64,000 nucleotides of DNA from Dehalococcoidia bacterium (GTDB lineage: Bacteria; Chloroflexota; Dehalococcoidia; UBA2979), in NCBI GenBank assembly GCA_965262725.1, contig OZ253555.1, positions 672,001-736,000 of the forward strand. Reading direction: 5' to 3'. A program made the translations under genes and the position numbers. The notes below the pieces were generated by a model that saw nothing but the letters and a program-made list of their open reading frames with translations, did not search any database and was not told the DNA's origin. Positions 48,131-57,766 of this stretch are shown here, one piece after another (position 1 is the first letter of the stretch; every line of letters starts with the position of its first letter).

Positions 48131-51100
48131 ATGGAAGAGTCGCTGCGGCGTCTAGCACCTGAAGAAATCCGCGCGATCCGAGATCGTCTCGGACTCACGC
48201 AGGTGGAGGCTGGCGAACTGATCGGTGGAGGCCCGCGCGCGTTCACCAAGTACGAGGCTGGGACGATCACCCCCGCAGCCTCCGTGGATACGTTACTGCG
48301 GCTCTTGGACGCGAATCCCGCGACGATCCGGTTGCTGAGCCCTGGCAGAGCTCTTCCGCAAGCAGCTGGCATGCGTTTCCCGTTCGAGGCGGGAGCTTCA
48401 GATGTCGCCACACTGAACGAGCGGGAATTGCCCGCTCTCTTGAGGCGCCTCCTCCGGGCAGAGGCAGTAGCTCACAGCGTCTCGCCCGCCGGGATCCACG
48501 TGGCCGAGAACATTCATGCCCCGGATGGGGGCGAGGACGGCCGCATTGAGTGGCAGGGAGCGCCGGAGCGAACCAGGTTCCTTCCCGGCCGACTCGTCCA
48601 GTTCCAGGCGAAGGCCGGACCGATGCCACCGAGTGCCGCGATTCGGGACGTCTTGGCGGCCAATGGCGAGGTAAAGGCCGCACTGCGGACCGGACTCGCT
48701 GGGGGTGGGTATTACATCATGCTGTGCGCGCACCCCTACACCCGAAAGCAGATCCGGGAGCGAGAAGCTGGGCTTCGGGCCGCAGTGCGGGACGCCGGCG
48801 TGGCAATCGCCGCCGAGCAGATCCAATTCTGGGATGCGGGCCAGATCGCTGAGTGGGCCAACTCCTACCCGTCGATTGTCATCTGGATCAAGGAGCGCAC
48901 GTCTCCCGGTACCATCGGTCCCTTCCGGTCGTGGAGCCACTGGGCCGCACGGAGCGAGCACGACCAGTCACTCTGGCTTGACGACGGCCGCCTGCCTGCT
49001 CTTAGAGCCCGACTACTTGAGCGCGTGGCCGAGCAGCGTAGCGCCTTCCGCGTGGTGGGGCTTCCTGGTGTCGGCAAGTCACGTCTCGTGCTCGAGGCTC
49101 TCGGTCGAGAGACCGAGGCGAGTGACCACTCGCTCAGCGACTTTGTGCTCTACGCCGTCCAGTCCGAGGTCGGTTGGGAGTCCATCGGCAGGACCGTCCA
49201 GACCCTGGTTGACGATGGGCAGCGTGCGATCCTGGTCGTCGACGATTGCGGACCCCAGTCGCATGGGGCCCTCGTTCGTATGATCTTGCGAAGGGGCAGC
49301 CGCCTCTCTCTGGTCACGATCGACAATGAGATTCCCGCCGGAACGCTGGATCGGAGCACCTTCCTGGTGCCCGAGGCGCCGCCCGCAGTCACCGAGGGCA
49401 TCATTGGTCAGCTCCTGCCCGGGCTGCCCTACGAGGACGGGCAACGGCTGGCTCGCTTCTCTAGGGGCTTTCCGGGAATCGCGATCCGCGTCGGGCACGT
49501 GTGGCTGGAATCTCGCCCCCTTGCCGATGCCGCCGATGAAGCTCTTGTCGGCGCTTTCGTATTGGGTCGCAACAGGAGAGACAGCGAGTCGCTACTGAAG
49601 TCTGCACAGCTGCTGGCCTCCTTCGGCCTGGTCGGAGTGAGGGATCAGGGGGAGCTGCGCGAACTCGCGGCGCTAGTGGGTAGCCTCAGCGCCGACAACT
49701 TCCACGCGGACTGCGCCACGCTCGCAGACCGCGGCGTTGCGAAGTATCGGGGGGCAAAGGTCGCTCTGCAGTCAGGACCAATCGCCTTCAAGTTGGCAGA
49801 GAGCCAGTGGCGAGAGTGGCCGCGGGACACGTGGGACCTGGTTCTGGCCGGCAGAATCGGTCCTGACCTGAAGAGGCAGGCTGCACGACGACTTGCGGAA
49901 CTCAATACCACCGATATCGCTGTGACGGTCGCGGAGCATGTCTGCAGGGTAGGCGGCCCCCTTGATGGATTCCAGAAGGCGAGTGCGGAGGGCCTCGGGG
50001 ATGTCCTGTCGAGCCTCGCCGAGATCAGCCCGGAGATGGTCGGAGAGAGAATCGAGAGCGCCCTGGATGATGCCGCAGACCTGAGCAGGGTCGACGGCGA
50101 CCTGCGCCGAGGCCTTGTCATGGCGCTCGAGAGGGTCGCCTTCCACGCCAGGACCTTCGAGACCGGAGCCTTGCTCCTGTTACGGCTGGCAGTAGCCGAG
50201 AAGGAGCCTTGGAGCAACAACGCGGCGGGTCGATTCACCGAGCTCTTCCCCGTCCTAGAGGGCGGCACCGAGGCCGACGGCAGCGCCAGGATCGCAGTTC
50301 TGGATGGATTGGCGGCCACCAACGATCCCACTCAACGTGCCATCGTCGTCGCGGCTCTCGCTGCCGGTTCAGAGACCGCCACCTTCCAGCGCACGCTGGG
50401 GGCCGAGTCCCACGGGACCCGGCCTGCCTTGGCGCCATGGTTTCCGCCCACGCGGAAGGATGCCACGGACTACATTCGGGATTGTGTGACGCGCCTCGGG
50501 TATCTCGCTGAGTCGGATGACGCGGCGGGCAAGGCTGCGAGAGCTGCGTTCAGCAACGGCCTCGGGGAATGGGTGCAGGAGGGCTTGCTCGATGTCGTGG
50601 AGGGTGCCGTTCGGCGAATAGCTCCCGCGGTGGGCTATTGGCCTGAGGCAGCCGCGACCTTGGGAGACTTGCTCGCGGATGGCGTGGACGGCCTCGACCC
50701 AGACGCGCTCAAGCGTATCGAGGCGCTTATCGGGTCTCTCCAGCCGAGAACCATGGACGCGCTCATCCGTGCTCGAATCTCCACTGTTGCCTGGAACCCC
50801 GGGAAGGGCGAGGACATCGAGGCACAACACCAGCGCGCAGCTGGCGACGTTCGGGATCTGGTTAAGGAATTGATCGAACAGCCGGCTCTGCTTGAGTCCT
50901 ACCTTCCTCGACTGAGCTGCGGCCACCACCAGATGGCGCGTGTATTCGGAGAGGCTGTCGCCGATCTCACTCACGGATCCCCCGACTGGCTCCAGAGGTT
51001 CGAGGCGGCGGTCGCGGGGGTGCCCGCGGGCGAGCGCAGCTTCGATCTCCTGTCGGGGTACGTCGGATGGCTGCGCACAAACCGTCCGGCCGCAGCCGAG

Positions 51101-52132
51101 GCGTTCCAGCGGCGTGTGGCGGAGTCGCGGGAGCTGGCGATCGCCCTCCCGGAATTGTGCGTTTCTCCGGGGATCGCCACGTCCGACATCCCGGTGGTGA
51201 TCGCTGCTCTGGAATCCGGGCTGGTCCCGCCTTCGGGGTTGCGCTGTTGGGGCTTCGGCGGCGTGCTGCAGAAACTGCCACCGTCCGCTGTCGTGCCCCT
51301 GTTCGACGCACTGCTCGACCAAGATGCCGAGGGGCTCGCCGTAACCGCGGACCTCATGGGGATGTACGCGTTCGGTCAGGTCGACCGACTCGACGCACTG
51401 CGGCCTCAGGTTGTGAGGCTCGCCTCGAACGTCGGCAGCTGGCGCCGAGAGTCAAGTGAGCGGTCCGACTCTTACCATCTGGAGCAGGTCATGGAATGGA
51501 TTCTCGCCAAGGGGAGGGCGGATCCGGATGCCACCGCCTCGGCCCTCGCCCTCGCACGGGGACTGGTCACGGGGACATTCGATGGCGCCCAGAGGGTTCG
51601 GCCCCTGATTCGAACGCTGTTGTCGGGATTCCCAGAGGTCGTGTGGCCACTCATCGGTCAGGCGATCGTGTCCAATCCGCGAGCAGCGCGGCGCGCGGAG
51701 CTGCTCCTCGGGGACTCGCCGTCATTACGTCGAGGGCAACCCCCGATCCTCGATCTGCCCGAGGACAGCCTGTTCGCGTGGTGTCACGCCCACCCGGACA
51801 CTGCTCCGGCGTGCGCGGCCAGGATCATCCCGGTGCTGGACCCAGTGGACGCCGTCCCCAACGAGCGCTCGTTGCATCCCATCATGGCACGGTTGCTCGA
51901 CGAGTTCGGACACCGGGATGACGTGCTACGAGCGATTGAACTGAACGTCTGCAACTTCGGTTGGTGGGGGTCGGTGGCAGCCTACTACCGACAGTACGAT
52001 ATGCCGCTAGACGGGTTGTCGAAGCACCCGCGGCCTGAGGTGCGACGGTGGGCGAGGTCAATGCTCAGGAAGCTCCATGCCTCCATCGAGCAGGCCCGTG
52101 AAGAGGAAGAGGAGACGCGATGGGACGTCTAG
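48131..52132 (+). CDS. MqsA-like HTH, PD-(D/E)xK-like nuclease, STAND P-loop NTPase and long helical C-terminus; candidate anti-phage protein
   Basis: IRDRLGLTQ.EAGELIGGG..AF.KYE.G; PDGGEDG..FQAK; GLPGVGKS; LVVDDC; lower GC than the flanks. Confidence 0.75.
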   Translation: MEESLRRLAPEEIRAIRDRLGLTQVEAGELIGGGPRAFTKYEAGTITPAASVDTLLRLLDANPATIRLLSPGRALPQAAGMRFPFEAGASDVATLNERELPALLRRLLRAEAVAHSVSPAGIHVAENIHAPDGGEDGRIEWQGAPERTRFLPGRLVQFQAKAGPMPPSAAIRDVLAANGEVKAALRTGLAGGGYYIMLCAHPYTRKQIREREAGLRAAVRDAGVAIAAEQIQFWDAGQIAEWANSYPSIVIWIKERTSPGTIGPFRSWSHWAARSEHDQSLWLDDGRLPALRARLLERVAEQRSAFRVVGLPGVGKSRLVLEALGRETEASDHSLSDFVLYAVQSEVGWESIGRTVQTLVDDGQRAILVVDDCGPQSHGALVRMILRRGSRLSLVTIDNEIPAGTLDRSTFLVPEAPPAVTEGIIGQLLPGLPYEDGQRLARFSRGFPGIAIRVGHVWLESRPLADAADEALVGAFVLGRNRRDSESLLKSAQLLASFGLVGVRDQGELRELAALVGSLSADNFHADCATLADRGVAKYRGAKVALQSGPIAFKLAESQWREWPRDTWDLVLAGRIGPDLKRQAARRLAELNTTDIAVTVAEHVCRVGGPLDGFQKASAEGLGDVLSSLAEISPEMVGERIESALDDAADLSRVDGDLRRGLVMALERVAFHARTFETGALLLLRLAVAEKEPWSNNAAGRFTELFPVLEGGTEADGSARIAVLDGLAATNDPTQRAIVVAALAAGSETATFQRTLGAESHGTRPALAPWFPPTRKDATDYIRDCVTRLGYLAESDDAAGKAARAAFSNGLGEWVQEGLLDVVEGAVRRIAPAVGYWPEAAATLGDLLADGVDGLDPDALKRIEALIGSLQPRTMDALIRARISTVAWNPGKGEDIEAQHQRAAGDVRDLVKELIEQPALLESYLPRLSCGHHQMARVFGEAVADLTHGSPDWLQRFEAAVAGVPAGERSFDLLSGYVGWLRTNRPAAAEAFQRRVAESRELAIALPELCVSPGIATSDIPVVIAALESGLVPPSGLRCWGFGGVLQKLPPSAVVPLFDALLDQDAEGLAVTADLMGMYAFGQVDRLDALRPQVVRLASNVGSWRRESSERSDSYHLEQVMEWILAKGRADPDATASALALARGLVTGTFDGAQRVRPLIRTLLSGFPEVVWPLIGQAIVSNPRAARRAELLLGDSPSLRRGQPPILDLPEDSLFAWCHAHPDTAPACAARIIPVLDPVDAVPNERSLHPIMARLLDEFGHRDDVLRAIELNVCNFGWWGSVAAYYRQYDMPLDGLSKHPRPEVRRWARSMLRKLHASIEQAREEEEETRWDV

Positions 52133-52196
52133 TTGGACCGGCGACGGGTCAGGGCCTTGTGGCGGACGTTTCCCGTAGCGCACTCTGGCCTACTCG

Positions 52197-52270
52197 ATGA
52201 GCAGGGTCATGGTGTTCATTGATGGCAGCAACCTCTACTACAGCCTACGAGAGCATCACGGTCGCACCGA
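52197..52270 (+). pseudogene. NYN/PIN-like nuclease N-terminal stub
   Basis: MSRVMVFIDGSNLYY, truncated against an IS1595 fragment. Confidence 0.65.
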
Positions 52271-52429
52271 TGGCACACCGCATCCGCGAGGCGTGGGGCG
52301 AGCACGGACCGCAGGCTCCGTTCTTCGGCCCGGTGGAGGTAGACGAGACCTACGTCGGCGGGTGGGAATGATGCTTACATCTGGCCCCACTTTGATCCTC
52401 TGATCTGGCCCCACCCCCGGGGACCGGGA

Positions 52430-53212
52430 TCAGGTCGTTGGGGCACCTCCTCTCGGGGAGGTCGAGGCCCGGAGCCGGTAGGACTCGGTGCCGGTCTCGA
52501 TGATATGGGCACGGTAGGTGAGGCGGTCAACGACGGCCGCGGCGAGACGAGGGTCGGTGAAGATGCGGCCCCACTCGGAGAACGGGGAGTTGGAGGCGAC
52601 GGCGACCGATGCCCGTTCCTCGCGCTCGGTCAGGATCTGGAACAGCATTTCGGCACCGCGCGGGTCGAGGTGGACGTACCCGAACTCATCCAGGCAGAGC
52701 AGGTCGAGGCGGCCGTAGCGGGCGACGAGGCGTGAGAGCGCGCGATCATCCGACGCTTCGGCCAGTTCATTCACCAGGGCGGCCGTGGTCATGTACCGCA
52801 CGCGCAGCCCCAGGTGGCAGGCGGCCATGCCGAGGCCGATGAGCAGGTGTGACTTCCCGGTGCCGCTGTCACCGAGCAGGACGACGGGCTCGCCCCTTTC
52901 GACCCAGTCGCAGCGCTCCAGCGTGGCGAGCGCCGGCGCGTCGACTGTCGGCGCCGCCTCGAGGTCGAAGTCGGCGAGGTACTTGAAACGCGGGAACCGC
53001 GCCTCGACGATACGGCGCTGACGGCGCCGCTCCTCACGGTCATCGCGTTCGGCTCCCAGCACTTCGGCGAGATAGCCCAGATGGGTGATCCGGTCTCGGA
53101 CCGCGGCTTCGGCGAGCGGGAGCGCCTGCTTCCTGACGGTGGGGAGACGGAGCTCGCGGCAGATCGCCTCGATTGTCAGCTCCGCGGCCTGGTCGGTGAG
53201 GGGTGCTGTCAT
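52430..53212 (-). CDS. istB: IS21 helper ATPase IstB
   Basis: GDSGTGKSH, LDEFGY, SN.PFSEW, DRL, SYRL. Confidence 0.95.
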   Translation of the reverse strand: MTAPLTDQAAELTIEAICRELRLPTVRKQALPLAEAAVRDRITHLGYLAEVLGAERDDREERRRQRRIVEARFPRFKYLADFDLEAAPTVDAPALATLERCDWVERGEPVVLLGDSGTGKSHLLIGLGMAACHLGLRVRYMTTAALVNELAEASDDRALSRLVARYGRLDLLCLDEFGYVHLDPRGAEMLFQILTEREERASVAVASNSPFSEWGRIFTDPRLAAAVVDRLTYRAHIIETGTESYRLRASTSPRGGAPTT

Positions 53213-53228
53213 CGGGTGCCTCCTGTGG

Positions 53229-54863
53229 TCAGCGTGCCGTCGACACCGCAGCGGTGACGGCGGTTGTGGTGGTGTGCGACGCGTTCTCGGCAGACCGCGG
53301 AGCGCGGGAGCGCCCGCCCGGCGACGTGCCGGGCCATCGGGAATCACCCGAGAGCAGCGCATCGTAGCCATCGAGGAGCGGGGCAGGTCGGTCGTAGCGC
53401 TCCAGGTGCGGTCTCTCGACGGCGGCGTCTGGTGGCCTGCGGTCGGCGAGACGGCGCGCCTCGATGGCGACCAGTTCGGGGTTCACCGACTGGATCCTGT
53501 TGACCGTCCCGAGCGCGGCGTGCACCGCCGTGAAGGGAAGATGGCGATGCAGGAGCAGGACCTCGATGTACGCCTGCGTGCCCGCGCGGTCGCCGAGCTT
53601 GCGGCGGGCGCGGTCCCAGAAGCGCTGATGCTCGGCTGTGACGTGTCCCTTCGCACGCGCCTGCTGGAGCGCCACCGAGCCCGGGACCGCCCCGGGCTTG
53701 CGCGCGAGCACCTCCAGATAGTGGTCGAGCAGCAGGACCTCTGCTCCGGTGCGGGCGCTGCGCTCGTGGTGGGCGACTTCACGCCCCTCGGCCCACACGG
53801 TCAGGCTGTTCCCGGACAGCCGCACGTCCAGCTTCCGGCCTGCATAGGCCGCCGGGACCGAGTAGCGGGAGCTACGCACGGCGATGCGCGCCTTGCGGTC
53901 GACCTTCGCGCGCAGCGGGATTGACGGGTCGAAGCGCTCCGCCGGAAGCGGACGCAGCGAGGCCTTCTCGTTCTCTCCCATCTCGCCGACGGTGGCGAGG
54001 CGGCTCTCGATGTGCCGGGCGTCGTCGGTGCGGTCCGCCTCCCGCACTCGTTCGTTCAGCTCGCCGAGGGTCGCCACCTTCGGGACCGGCACGAAGTGCC
54101 GCCGGCGGAAGCGGCCGACCTCGCCCTCCACACCGCCCTTCTCGTGCGCGCCCTCGATGCCGGGCTCACAGAAGAAGCTGTCGAAGCCGTAATGCGAGCG
54201 GAGCGCGATGAAGCGCTCGGTCTGCAGGCGCTCGCGTCCCTGCAGCACGGTGGTGACGGCCGCCGTCAGATTGTCGTAGCGGATGCGCCGCGGCACTCCG
54301 CCGAGCCGCTCGAAGGCGACCACGTGCCCCTCGAGCAGAGACTCCTGGCCCTCGCCGACGAAGCAGACGTGCGCCGCCCGCCCCGAATGCGAGAGCCGCA
54401 TCACGAACATCGCCAGCCGGGTCTCGACGCCCTCCAGCCACACCGTCACCGTGCCGAAGTCGACCTCCGCCTCCTCGCCGGGAGGATGGACCTGCGGGAT
54501 CGTCACAACCGCGCGCCCGCCCTGGATCTCGCGACGCAGGCGCGCGACGCAGGCGCGGACCGTGGGCTCGGCCACCGTCGCCCCGTGTTCGTCGACGAGG
54601 CGCTCCCAGATGCGCCGGGCCGTGTGCCGCTGCTTGCGCGGCGCGCTGAGGTCGTCCACGAGCCAGCCCCGGATGACCGAGACGTACGGCCCGAGCTTCG
54701 GGGCCACGCGGGTCGCCTGCTTGCGTTCCGGGGGTATCGCCGACCCAAGAGCCTGCCGCACCGTGCGCCGGTGCACGCCATGCCGGCGTCCCAGCTCATG
54801 GATCGACAGCTCCTCCTCCCTCGCCATCCGTCGGATAGACTCGAACAGCTCCACTCTCGACAC
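53229..54863 (-). CDS. istA: IS21 transposase IstA
   Basis: EAEVDFG, YDNL, HEKGGVE, YSVP. Confidence 0.95.
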   Translation of the reverse strand: MSRVELFESIRRMAREEELSIHELGRRHGVHRRTVRQALGSAIPPERKQATRVAPKLGPYVSVIRGWLVDDLSAPRKQRHTARRIWERLVDEHGATVAEPTVRACVARLRREIQGGRAVVTIPQVHPPGEEAEVDFGTVTVWLEGVETRLAMFVMRLSHSGRAAHVCFVGEGQESLLEGHVVAFERLGGVPRRIRYDNLTAAVTTVLQGRERLQTERFIALRSHYGFDSFFCEPGIEGAHEKGGVEGEVGRFRRRHFVPVPKVATLGELNERVREADRTDDARHIESRLATVGEMGENEKASLRPLPAERFDPSIPLRAKVDRKARIAVRSSRYSVPAAYAGRKLDVRLSGNSLTVWAEGREVAHHERSARTGAEVLLLDHYLEVLARKPGAVPGSVALQQARAKGHVTAEHQRFWDRARRKLGDRAGTQAYIEVLLLHRHLPFTAVHAALGTVNRIQSVNPELVAIEARRLADRRPPDAAVERPHLERYDRPAPLLDGYDALLSGDSRWPGTSPGGRSRAPRSAENASHTTTTAVTAAVSTAR

Positions 54864-54995
54864 ACTCCTCTTCCCTCGCTCCGGGAGTCATGCAGTCACC
54901 CGAGCGTAGGTCCTGGATGGGTCGGGGGTGGGGCCAATTCAAAGGATCAAAACGGCTCCAGGTGGGGCCAATTCAGAGCATCATTCCCAGGCGGG

Positions 54996-55490
54996 CTCGC
55001 GAAGAACAAGCACGCCTCGGAGCGCGACCGCATCGGCAAGTGTGGCGGGCTCTCGACCAAGGCGGCCGTGATCGGCGTGAAGGACCGCGAGACCGGACAG
55101 GTGCGCGCGCAGGCGATCGCAGACACCGTTGGCGACACGCTGCGCGAGTTCTTGCGCGACAACACCCGCCCCGGCGCGCAGGTGTACTCAGACGGCCACG
55201 GCGCATACCTCGGCCTCGCTGGCGAGTACAAGCACGCTGCCGTGCAGCACAGCGCGGGGACGTACGTCATCGCGCAGGTGCACACCAACGGCCTCGAGAG
55301 CTTTTGGTCGATGCTGAAGCGCGGCTACATCGGCACGTTCCACCAGATGAGCGAGAAGCACCTGGGTCGCTACGTTTCTGAGTTCGCTGGCCGCCACAAC
55401 GCTCGCCCGATAGACACTATCGACCAGATGCGCGTCGCCGTGCGCGGGATGGTCGGGCGCAGGCTGCGCTACTCGGACCTCATCAACTAG
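54996..55490 (+). pseudogene. IS1595 transposase C-terminal part
   Basis: Paralog of 31656-32240; continues in frame across the IS21 TSD. Confidence 0.9.
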
Positions 55491-55633
55491 AGTGTGGTTG
55501 GGTACTCACGGGACCGCCGGGGCGCGCCTTGTCACCGGTGGCACGCGCCAGTACGCTGCGGCAGTCTGGCCGGTGGCCACTCCCTGACTTCTCGAATCGA
55601 GTACTATGTATAGTTGGACAAAGGGAGATGCGA

Positions 55634-56086
55634 ATGCAAGATGCACGTGCTGTGGCCAACTGGCTAATCGATAAGGCCATTAAGGACGGCAGGCCGCTCA
55701 CTCCACTGCAAGTCATCAAGTTGGTCTACTTCGCGCACGGCTGGACGCTGGCCTATTGCAGTCGTGCGCTGTTCCGGCAGCCTGTCGAGGCGTGGCCCCT
55801 CGGTCCGGTCATTGCTGATGTCTATCACGCTCTCAAGCAGTACCGGGCCAATCCCATCGACCACGTTATCCCGGGTGTCGCGCCGGCGGCGCTTTCCGAC
55901 GAAGAATCCAGTGTGCTGGAGGGCGTATACGCATCCTACGGCAGCATCGACGGCGTCCGGCTCTCGACCCTCACTCACCATGATGGCTCGCCGTGGCAGA
56001 AGACCATCAAGAAGCGTGGGCGTGGCACTACCATCGCCAACGCTCTCATCGAGGAGCACTTCCAGGAGCTGAAGCCGGTTGGCTAA
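55634..56086 (+). CDS. Panacea (DUF4065/SocA-like) antitoxin
   Basis: VAN..I..LTPLQ.IKLVY.AHG..L..LF...EAW..GPV..VY; L..LTH..SPW. Confidence 0.9.
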   Translation: MQDARAVANWLIDKAIKDGRPLTPLQVIKLVYFAHGWTLAYCSRALFRQPVEAWPLGPVIADVYHALKQYRANPIDHVIPGVAPAALSDEESSVLEGVYASYGSIDGVRLSTLTHHDGSPWQKTIKKRGRGTTIANALIEEHFQELKPVG

Positions 56087-56426
56087 TATTTGGATTCCGC
56101 CGCCTGCCGATAGGGAGCCAACTCGGCAGGCTGCACGCGAGGCTGAACGGTTCGGCGATGAGCGGGCACTCGGCCGCGCGACTAGGGAAGATGACAGGCG
56201 GGAACGCCTTCAGGCTATCCTTTACTGGCTGGCGGCCTTTGGAGTGGCCGTACTAGGTGCCGCGATTCTCTTTGGCATTGTCGCTCTGTCGTTGCACTAC
56301 CTTGCTCCAGCGCGCATGCACTGGCTGGCCGACCAGCAACTACGTGACTTGCAAACGATAGCAACCACCGGAGTGGGGGCAACCCTGCTGGGCGAGATTG
56401 CGCGTCGGTACCCTTTACGTAAGTAA
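56079..56426 (+). CDS. Two-TM membrane protein, putative cognate toxin
   Basis: Overlaps the Panacea gene; two hydrophobic segments. Confidence 0.6.
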   Translation: MANIWIPPPADREPTRQAAREAERFGDERALGRATREDDRRERLQAILYWLAAFGVAVLGAAILFGIVALSLHYLAPARMHWLADQQLRDLQTIATTGVGATLLGEIARRYPLRK

Positions 56427-56487
56427 CTTGCCTCTCCGAGTTTTCAGCGCCACCGCCTAGTCGGGATGGCGTAGGTATGTAATCCCC

Positions 56488-56669
56488 AACGTGACCGGAC
56501 TGACCGGACCCCGTTCGCGAGACCACCGCTTATGAGAGTCCAACCAGTTGTTCCGCCCTGCGTTGCTCGGCCACGAGTAGGGCGACGAAGGGTCGAGAAA
56601 GACGGGTGCCCATGCCCTTCTTGCCACGTGATAGAGATTCTGGATGTCAATCAGGACGAGAGTGCGCAT
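56488..56669 (-). pseudogene. NYN-like nuclease N-terminal remnant cut by the IS1595 end
   Basis: MRTLVLIDIQNLY. Confidence 0.5.
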
Positions 56670-56992
56670 AAGAGAACACCCGCCCGGGGACGGGACCTAA
56701 GGTCGCCGCCCAGCGGGCGGGGATGAGATACGAGCACATTGTCTCTCCAAGAAGCCGCCTGTCAAAGCAACGGGGACTACCAAGTTGGGTGGCTGGACGG
56801 GGATCCTACTCGTCCGGGCCGGGGGGTCGGCAGAGCCTGCAGGAAGTCCTCGACGCGGCGGGGCGGCGGTTCGCCCCTCGCCTGCGCCAGCAGGTTTGTC
56901 GATCGCCAGGGTCATTGAGCCACGCGTCGCCACGGTCATTGGACCACCCGGGACGCCGGTAGGCGGCTTGATATCAGCGAGCGTCTAGCTCG

Positions 56993-57766
56993 TCAATCAC
57001 CTCCCGTCTGCGCCTCGAGCAGGGCGCGGTGCGGCGAGAGCCGCTGGCGGTAGCTATCGCCCTCGATCACGATCTGGTAGCTGGCGTTGGCGAGGCGGTC
57101 GAGGGCGCTGTTGCCGAGGATCGGGTCGTCGAAGAGACCCAGCCATTCCTCCACGGCGCGGTTCGAGGTGATGACGAAGCTCGAGCTGCGGTGGCGCCCG
57201 ATGACCAGCTCGTAGAGGTCGATGGACTGCTGCGCGCTGAGGCGATGGAGCCCGAGGTCGTCGAGGATGAGCAGGTCGGGGGCGAGGAAGCTTCGGAAGA
57301 CCTTCTCGGCCGAGTGGTCGACGCGGGCCTGCGCCATCTCGCGGAAGTAGTGGTCGGCCGGGGCGAAGCGCACGCTGCGTCCGGAGCGGACGGCTGAGTA
57401 GCCGAGCGCCTGGGCTAAGAAGCTCTTGCCGACGCCGACGGGGCCGACGAGCAGGACGTGTTCGCGGCGATCGAGGAAGTGCAGCGAGAAGGCGGCGTCG
57501 AACAGGCGGCGGTCGAGCCGGATGGCGGCCGCCCAGTCGAAGTCCTCGAGGCGGCAGAGCTGCTCGAAGCCGGCCTGGCGCAACCGCAGCTCCAACCGCC
57601 CGTGGTCGCGGCGGCTCACCTCGTCGACGAGCAGGATCTGCAGGAAGTCCGCGTAGTCGAGGTGGTCGCGCCGCGCGAGGGCGATGCGCTCGGGCAACGT
57701 GTCGAGCATGCGGCCGAGCTTGAGGCGCTTGAGCAGCGGACGGAGGTCTGAGGTGGTGGCGGTCAT
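56993..57766 (-). CDS. istB: IS21 helper ATPase IstB
   Basis: GPVGVGKS, LILDDLG, TSNR, ALDRL, GDSYR. Confidence 0.95.
   Translation of the reverse strand: MTATTSDLRPLLKRLKLGRMLDTLPERIALARRDHLDYADFLQILLVDEVSRRDHGRLELRLRQAGFEQLCRLEDFDWAAAIRLDRRLFDAAFSLHFLDRREHVLLVGPVGVGKSFLAQALGYSAVRSGRSVRFAPADHYFREMAQARVDHSAEKVFRSFLAPDLLILDDLGLHRLSAQQSIDLYELVIGRHRSSSFVITSNRAVEEWLGLFDDPILGNSALDRLANASYQIVIEGDSYRQRLSPHRALLEAQTGGD

Larger units (their letters stand above)
52363..54989 (-). mobile_element. IS21 family element
   Basis: IRs TGGGAATGATGCT / AGCATCATTCCCA, internal TGGCCCCAC repeats, 6-bp TSD GGCGGG (52357-52362, 54990-54995). Confidence 0.95.
52271..56487 (+). mobile_element. IS1595 family cargo element (5'-truncated) interrupted by IS21
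   Basis: Transposase pieces 52271-52362 (VEVDETYVGG) and 54996-55490 (LAKNKH..HTNGLESFW); terminus TATGTAATCCCC ending at 56487. Confidence 0.75.

Noticed and set aside
48131-48330. Stand-alone MqsRA toxin-antitoxin system
   Set aside because: The HTH is fused in frame to a 1300-aa NTPase and no mqsR lies upstream.
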